A stretch of 32,000 nucleotides of DNA from Candidatus Karelsulcia muelleri (GTDB lineage Bacteria > Bacteroidota > Bacteroidia > Flavobacteriales > Blattabacteriaceae). Location of the stretch: NCBI RefSeq assembly GCF_003214255.1, contig NZ_CP029011.1:180001-212000 (forward strand), written 5' to 3'. A program made the position numbers and the translations under genes. Below are positions 26,453 through 32,000 of the stretch, one piece after another (positions within the stretch are counted from its first letter, which is position 1; every line of letters begins with the position of its first letter). The notes beneath the pieces were generated by a model. It had not been told where the DNA came from and made no database searches. It saw nothing but the letters and a program-made list of their open reading frames with translations.

Positions 26453-27817
26453 TTAAAATATTTCTCCTATTAAAGTTGCTGAGGTACAATTATTAATTTT
26501 TACCTTTATAAGGTTTCCTATTTTAGAATTTTTTTTATTAAAAATTACTATATCATTTCCAGAATTTCTACCATAAAAATAATTTATACTTTTTTTTGAA
26601 ATTCCTTCTATTAAAATTTCTTGAATTTTTCCTATAGATTTTTTTAATCTATAATAGGAATGTTTTCTTTGTAAGTTTATAATTTCTGTTAATCTCCGTT
26701 TTTTTATTGTTAAAGAAACGTTATCATTAAATTTTTTAAAAGCATATGTTAATTTCCGAGGGGAATAGATAAACATATATGAAAAATTATATTTAACGTA
26801 ATTCATTAAATTAAGTGTTTCATTATGATCTTTTTCAGATTCATTACAAAATCCAGTAATAATATCACAAGATATAGAACAATTTGGAAGAATTTTATAA
26901 ATTTGATTTATAAGTAAAATGTATTCTTCACGAGAATATTTTCTATTCATTAATGATAAAATTTTATTACTTCCAGATTGGACAGGTAAATGAATATGTT
27001 TACATATATTTTTATATTTTTTCATTACATTTAAAACATTCAATGTAATTTGATTAGGATTAGAAGTCCAAAAACGGATTCTCATAAAAGGAACAGTTTT
27101 AGCAACTAATTCTAGTAATTTAGGAAAATTAATAATTGTATTATTTTTTAATGAAAATTTATTAAAATTTTTTTTTAATCCTCCACCATACCAAAAATAT
27201 GAATCGACATTTTGACCTAAAAGAATAATTTCTTTAAATCCTTTTTGAAATAAAAATTCACATTCTTTTAATATACTAATTGGATCACGACTTTTTTCAC
27301 GACCTCTAGTAAAAGGAACTACACAAAAAGTACACATATTATCACATCCACGCATAATAGTGACGAAAGCCGTTATTTTTTCTTTTTTTCTTTTAGGAAT
27401 AATATCGGAATAAGTTTCATTATTATAAAAATAAGTATTTATATACTTACCGTTTTGATTTAAAATTTTTTTTATTAAAAAAGGAAGTTCTCTATAAGAA
27501 TCTGGACCTAAAATCAAATTAACAATTTTATTTATTTTAAAAAATTTTTTTTTAAAAATTTCTGCCATACAACCTAAAATTCCTATTATTAGATTTTTTT
27601 TATAATTTTTTAAATATTTTATTTGATTTATTCGTAATAATATTTTATTTTCAGATTTTTCTCTGATTGAACAAGTATTTATTAAAATAATATTAGCATT
27701 TTGTATCAAATCAGTTTGAATAAATCCTTCATTATCTAATATAGAACAGACAATTTCACTATCAGAAATATTCATTTGACACCCATAATTTTCGATGTAA
27801 TATTTTTTTTTTTCCAT
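26453..27817 (-). CDS. miaB: tRNA (N6-isopentenyladenosine-37) methylthiotransferase MiaB
   Basis: 454 aa. N-terminal UPF0004 cysteines ([16 protein letters not shown]...NTCSIREK), the radical-SAM box [13 protein letters not shown], and a C-terminal TRAM-like segment. Confidence 0.85.
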   Translation of the reverse strand: MEKKKYYIENYGCQMNISDSEIVCSILDNEGFIQTDLIQNANIILINTCSIREKSENKILLRINQIKYLKNYKKNLIIGILGCMAEIFKKKFFKINKIVNLILGPDSYRELPFLIKKILNQNGKYINTYFYNNETYSDIIPKRKKEKITAFVTIMRGCDNMCTFCVVPFTRGREKSRDPISILKECEFLFQKGFKEIILLGQNVDSYFWYGGGLKKNFNKFSLKNNTIINFPKLLELVAKTVPFMRIRFWTSNPNQITLNVLNVMKKYKNICKHIHLPVQSGSNKILSLMNRKYSREEYILLINQIYKILPNCSISCDIITGFCNESEKDHNETLNLMNYVKYNFSYMFIYSPRKLTYAFKKFNDNVSLTIKKRRLTEIINLQRKHSYYRLKKSIGKIQEILIEGISKKSINYFYGRNSGNDIVIFNKKNSKIGNLIKVKINNCTSATLIGEIF

Positions 27818-27876
27818 TGTTATATTTTTTTATTTTTTTATTATTTTATTATTTTATTATTTTAAAGAAAATTAAC

Positions 27877-29286
27877 ATGAGAAAAAAAAACATCTTAAAA
27901 AATTCTGATTATAAATATGGTTTTTATTCTAATTTAGAATCAGAAAAACTTCCAAAAGGAATTAATAAAAAAATTATTATTAATTTATCTAAAAAAAAAA
28001 ATGAACCTGATTGGTTGTTAAAAAGAAGATTAAAATCATATAAAATTTGGAAAAAAATGTTTTATCCTAATTGGGGAAACCTATTATATAATATTCCTGA
28101 TTTTAAAAACATAAGTTATTATTCCGCTTTGAAAATGAAAAAAATTTCTAAAAAATTAAAATTTACTTTTAAAAAATTAAATTTAACTTTTAAAAAAAAA
28201 ATAAATAAAGCTAAAATGGCTTTAGATATAATTTTTGATTCTGTTTCTGTAACTACAACTTTTAAAAAAAGTTTAGCAGAAAAAGGAATAATATTTTGTT
28301 CTTTTAGTAAAGCAATTAAAAAATATCCTGAAATAATAAAAAAATATTTAGGAAAAATAGTTCCTATAGGAGATAATTTTTATTCCGCTTTAAATTCAGC
28401 AGTTTTTTCTGATGGATCTTTTTGTTATATTCCACAAAATGTCTATTGTCCTATAGAATTATCTACCTATTTTAGAATAAATGAATCAGGAATCGGTCAA
28501 TTTGAAAGAACACTTTTAATTGCTGATAAAAATTCATATGTTAGTTATTTAGAAGGATGTACAGCTCCTCAACGAAAAGAAAATCAATTACATGCAGCAG
28601 TAGTAGAATTAATAGCTTTAGAAGGTGCTGAAATTAAATATTCTACTGTTCAAAATTGGTTTCCTGGAGAAAAAACTGGTACAGGCGGAGTTTTTAATTT
28701 TGTAACTAAAAGAGGATTATGTGAAAAAAAATCTAAAATTTCCTGGACTCAAATAGAAACTGGATCAGCTATAACTTGGAAATATCCATCTTGTATTTTA
28801 AAAGGTGATTATTCAGTAGGAGAATTTTATTCAATAACATTTACAAAAAATTTTCAACAATCAGATACTGGCACAAAAATGATTCATTTGGGAAAAAAAA
28901 CTAAAAGTACTATTATTTCAAAAGGAATATCAGCTGGATATTCTAAAAATAATTATAGAGGATTAGTAAAAATTACTCCTAATGCTAATTATTCTCGTAA
29001 TTTTTCACAATGTGATTCTTTAATTCTAGGAAATTATTGTAGTTCTAATACTTATCCTTTTATAAAAGGAAAAAATTTTTGTTCTCAAGTAGAACACGAA
29101 GCGACTACTTCTAAAATAGGAGAAAATCAATTATTTTATTGTAATCAACGTGGAATAAATTTAGAAAAAGCAATATCACTTATAGTGACTGGATTTAGTC
29201 AAGAAATTTTAGATAGATTACCTTTAGAGTTTGCAATTGAAGCAAGAAAATTATTAGAAATTCAATTAGAAGGTTCTGTAGGATAG
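27877..29286 (+). CDS. sufB: Fe-S cluster assembly scaffold SufB
   Basis: [18 protein letters not shown]..., [23 protein letters not shown], and [22 protein letters not shown] chose the start at the internal ATG 27877. The ORF-track extension from 27817 is hydrophobic AT-rich read-through. Confidence 0.92.
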   Translation: MRKKNILKNSDYKYGFYSNLESEKLPKGINKKIIINLSKKKNEPDWLLKRRLKSYKIWKKMFYPNWGNLLYNIPDFKNISYYSALKMKKISKKLKFTFKKLNLTFKKKINKAKMALDIIFDSVSVTTTFKKSLAEKGIIFCSFSKAIKKYPEIIKKYLGKIVPIGDNFYSALNSAVFSDGSFCYIPQNVYCPIELSTYFRINESGIGQFERTLLIADKNSYVSYLEGCTAPQRKENQLHAAVVELIALEGAEIKYSTVQNWFPGEKTGTGGVFNFVTKRGLCEKKSKISWTQIETGSAITWKYPSCILKGDYSVGEFYSITFTKNFQQSDTGTKMIHLGKKTKSTIISKGISAGYSKNNYRGLVKITPNANYSRNFSQCDSLILGNYCSSNTYPFIKGKNFCSQVEHEATTSKIGENQLFYCNQRGINLEKAISLIVTGFSQEILDRLPLEFAIEARKLLEIQLEGSVG

Positions 29287-29302
29287 TTAAAAATTAATTA
29301 TT

Positions 29303-30061
29303 ATGTTAAAAATCAAAAATTTATCTGTTTCAGTAAAAAAAAAACAAATATTAAAAAATGTTAACTTAACAATTAAAAAAGGAGAAATTCACGTAATAAT
29401 GGGACCAAATGGATCTGGAAAAAGTACAATAGCATCTATTATAGCTGGAAAAAAAAATTTTCTTCTAAAGAAAGGAGAGATTTTTTTTGAAAAAAAAAAA
29501 ATTAATTTTTTATCTCCAGAAAAAAGAGCACAATTAGGAATTTTTTTATCTTTTCAAGATCCAGTAGAAATTCCTGGAATTTCTATTTATAATTTTATAA
29601 AAATTTCTTTAAATTCTATAAGAAAAGCAAATGGAAAAAATGAAATTTCATCTAATAATTTTTTAAAAAAATTAAAAAAAGTATCTGATTTATTAAAAAT
29701 TGATAAAAAATTTCTTTTCAGATCTTTAAATGAAGGATTTTCAGGAGGAGAAAAAAAACGGAATGAAATTTTTCAAATGTGTATGATAAATCCCAAATTA
29801 TCTATTTTAGATGAAATTGATTCTGGGTTAGATATAGATGCTCTTAGGACTTTATCTAGAGGAATTAATACTTTTAAAAAAAAAAATAATTCATTATTAA
29901 TTATTACTCATTATCAAAGATTATTAAATTATATAATTCCTGATTATGTACATATTTTATATAAAGGAAAAATTATTGAATCTGGAAAAAAAGAATTAGC
30001 AATAAAAATTGAATCAGAAGGATATAATTTTTATAAAAAAAAATATAATGAAATTAAATAA
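29303..30061 (+). CDS. sufC: Fe-S cluster assembly ATPase SufC
   Basis: Walker A GPNGSGKST, signature FSGGEKKRNEI, Walker B SILDEIDSGLD, H-loop ITHYQRLL. Confidence 0.93.
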   Translation: MLKIKNLSVSVKKKQILKNVNLTIKKGEIHVIMGPNGSGKSTIASIIAGKKNFLLKKGEIFFEKKKINFLSPEKRAQLGIFLSFQDPVEIPGISIYNFIKISLNSIRKANGKNEISSNNFLKKLKKVSDLLKIDKKFLFRSLNEGFSGGEKKRNEIFQMCMINPKLSILDEIDSGLDIDALRTLSRGINTFKKKNNSLLIITHYQRLLNYIIPDYVHILYKGKIIESGKKELAIKIESEGYNFYKKKYNEIK

Positions 30062-31340
30062 ACAATTAAATTTTTTTATTAAAAAAAAAATTAATTCTTC
30101 TTTTATAAAAAATTATATAAATTCAATTTGTAAAAAATCATTAAAAATTTTTAATGAAAAAATCATTTCTTTTTCTAAAGAAAAGAATTTTATTTCTTCC
30201 ATAATTAAATATGATTATTCATTTCCTAGAAAAGAAAATATAGATTGGAAGATTTTAAAAAAATATTTAATAGATAAAAATGGAATATATTTATTTTTTT
30301 TAAATGGTTTTTATCTTTCTAATTTTTTAGAAAAAAAAAATAAATTTATTTTTTCAATAAATGAAATTTTGCTTAAAAAAAAAAGCAATTCAACTATTGA
30401 AAATTTTTTTGGTAAAACCATATCAAATAATGATATTTTTAATTCATTAAACTTTCTTTTTTCAAAAGATGGTGCGTATATATTTATACCGGATAAAATT
30501 TGTTTAAAAAAAACGATTTATATTATAAATCTTTATAAAATAAAAAATGATTTTTCAATTCTAAATACTAGAAATTTAATAATTTTAGGAAAAAAATCTC
30601 AAGCTAAAATTGTAGAATTTCATGAATCATTAACAAACAAAATTTTTTTTAGTAATTATATTACTGAAATTTATAATAAAAAAGAAAGTAATATAGAATA
30701 TATAAAATTATATACGAATATAGCTTATTCTTATTTAAGAAATAAGACTTATATTACACAAAAAAAAAAAAGTATTTGTACTTTAAATAATTTTTCATTT
30801 GAAGGAAAATTTTTAAATGAAAATATTAATTTTTTTTCTTGTGGGAAAAAATCAAAATCATATTTTAATGGACTAGCCATACTAAAAAAAAAATCTATAC
30901 ATCAATATGTAAAAATTAATTCATTAATAGATCATTTATTTTCTAATTGTGAAAGTTATCAACTAACTAAATCAATATTAGATGGAACTTCAAAAGGGAG
31001 TTTTAATGGAAAAATTAGAATTCATAAAAAAGCTAATAATATTATTGCTTTTCAAAAGAATAACAACATATTATTAAATAAAAATTCATATGTTTATTCT
31101 AATCCAGAATTAGAAATTTTTGCAAATAATGTTAAATGTTCTCATGGAAGTACTCTAGGTACACTAGAGAAGAATAAAATTTTTTATCTTTGTACTAGAG
31201 GTATAGAAAAAAAAATTGCAAAATCAATACTTATTTTGTTATATGCAAAAAAAATATTAAAAAATATTAATATTCCTAAAATAAAATTGTTTTTATCTAA
31301 AAAAATATTAAATATTTTAAATTTAAAAAATGTTTTCTAA
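30048..31340 (+). CDS. sufD: Fe-S cluster assembly protein SufD
   Basis: It sits between sufC and sufS. The C-terminal beta-helix region has SNPELEIFANNVKCSHGSTLGTLEKNKIFYLCTRGI. The start at ATG 30048 overlaps the sufC end by 14 nt. Confidence 0.85.
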   Translation: MKLNKQLNFFIKKKINSSFIKNYINSICKKSLKIFNEKIISFSKEKNFISSIIKYDYSFPRKENIDWKILKKYLIDKNGIYLFFLNGFYLSNFLEKKNKFIFSINEILLKKKSNSTIENFFGKTISNNDIFNSLNFLFSKDGAYIFIPDKICLKKTIYIINLYKIKNDFSILNTRNLIILGKKSQAKIVEFHESLTNKIFFSNYITEIYNKKESNIEYIKLYTNIAYSYLRNKTYITQKKKSICTLNNFSFEGKFLNENINFFSCGKKSKSYFNGLAILKKKSIHQYVKINSLIDHLFSNCESYQLTKSILDGTSKGSFNGKIRIHKKANNIIAFQKNNNILLNKNSYVYSNPELEIFANNVKCSHGSTLGTLEKNKIFYLCTRGIEKKIAKSILILLYAKKILKNINIPKIKLFLSKKILNILNLKNVF

Positions 31341-32000
31341 AAAAGAAATAAAAAGTATAAGAAATCAATTTCCCATTTTAAATACTATTATTAATAATAG
31401 AAAATTGATTTATTTTGATAATGCTGCTACTACTCAAAAACCTAAACAAATAATAAATTCAATAAAAAAATTTTATTACAAAATAAATTCTAATGTCCAT
31501 CGGGGAGCTCATTTTTTAAGTAAAAAAGCTACTGAAAAAATGGAATTAAGTAGGAAAAGAATTAAATTTTTTTTAAATGCTAAATCTTCACATGAAATTA
31601 TTTTTACAAGTGGAGCGACAGAAAGTATTAATTTAATAGCTAATAGTATTTCAGATTTAATAAATAAAAATGATGAAATATTAATTCCATATTCTGAACA
31701 TCATTCTAATATAATTCCTTGGCAAATACTTTGTAAAAAAAAAAAGGCATTATTAAAAATAATTCCTATTGATAATAATGGAAATTTAAAATTGGAAAAA
31801 TTTAAATCAATTCTTTCTAAAAGAACAAAATTAATTTCTTTAAGTCATGTATCTAATTCTTTAGGAATAATTAATCCAATTAACAAAATTATTTTTGAAG
31901 CTAAAAAATATAATATATTAGTAGTAATAGATGGTTCTCAAGCTATATCTCATATTCCTATAAATATAAAAAAAATAAATCCTGATTTTTATGTTTTTTC
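31330..32000 (+). CDS. sufS: cysteine desulfurase SufS (N-terminal part; gene runs off the window end)
   Basis: My translation is MFSKKEIKSIRNQFPILNTIINNRKLIYFDNAATTQKPKQIINSIKKFYYKINSNVHRGAHFLSKKATEKMELSRKRI...FTSGATESINLIANS...SHVSNSLGIINP. The frame is open to position 32000. It overlaps the sufD stop by 11 nt. Confidence 0.9.
   Translation, partial: MFSKKEIKSIRNQFPILNTIINNRKLIYFDNAATTQKPKQIINSIKKFYYKINSNVHRGAHFLSKKATEKMELSRKRIKFFLNAKSSHEIIFTSGATESINLIANSISDLINKNDEILIPYSEHHSNIIPWQILCKKKKALLKIIPIDNNGNLKLEKFKSILSKRTKLISLSHVSNSLGIINPINKIIFEAKKYNILVVIDGSQAISHIPINIKKINPDFYVF

Noticed and set aside
27841-27864. An 8-bp unit ttatttta repeated three times in the 59-bp divergent miaB/sufB spacer.
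   Set aside because: It cannot be told apart from AT low-complexity. I could not support a Bacteroidota -7 TAnnTTTG motif or an operator-like palindrome there.

Overview
The window is extremely AT-rich and almost entirely coding, with about 40 genes, short spacers and several overlapping gene ends. All genes are housekeeping. Gene content and local synteny match a reduced Flavobacteriia (Bacteroidota) obligate insect endosymbiont of the Sulcia/Blattabacterium/Shikimatogenerans type. The synteny blocks are rpsF-rpsR-rplI, dapA-bamD-rpoZ, dapB-lepB, secG-groES-groEL and sufBCDS. I cannot assign a species from sequence alone.

Genes found:
- Translation: frr, asnS, rplU, rpmA, rpsF, rpsR, rplI, rpsU, prfB, alaS, obg, miaB, smpB, tmRNA, four tRNAs and an ABC-F ATPase.
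- Lysine/DAP and shikimate steps: dapA, dapB, aroE.
- 2-oxoglutarate dehydrogenase: sucA, sucB, lpdA.
- Envelope and secretion: a BamA-like N-terminus, bamD, lepB, tatC and secG remnants.
- Chaperonins: groES, groEL.
- Fe-S assembly: a SufT-like protein, sufB, sufC, sufD and a partial sufS.

The standard genetic code applies: TGG encodes Trp and conserved genes have no in-frame TGA. I found no CRISPR array, transposase, integrase, phage, toxin-antitoxin or defence genes, and no convincing new multi-gene system.

The unusual signals are remodelling within single genes:
1. An unannotated secG is split into two one-helix mini-ORFs.
2. AlaRS is cut back to its catalytic core and has no editing domain.
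3. BamD carries a roughly 220-aa internally repetitive insertion.
4. S18 has an acidic N-terminal extension built from perfect in-frame tandem duplications.
5. SucB has its E3-binding domain replaced by an EENFLKEE repeat linker.
6. The ABC-F protein has a destroyed Walker A and H-loop in its second nucleotide-binding domain.
7. A small DUF3127-like protein ends in an SSB-type acidic ...DEFDELPF tip.
8. Perfect 12-15 bp tandem duplications recur at gene and tRNA boundaries.

All homology calls come from reading the translations and from remembered family motifs. No searches were run.
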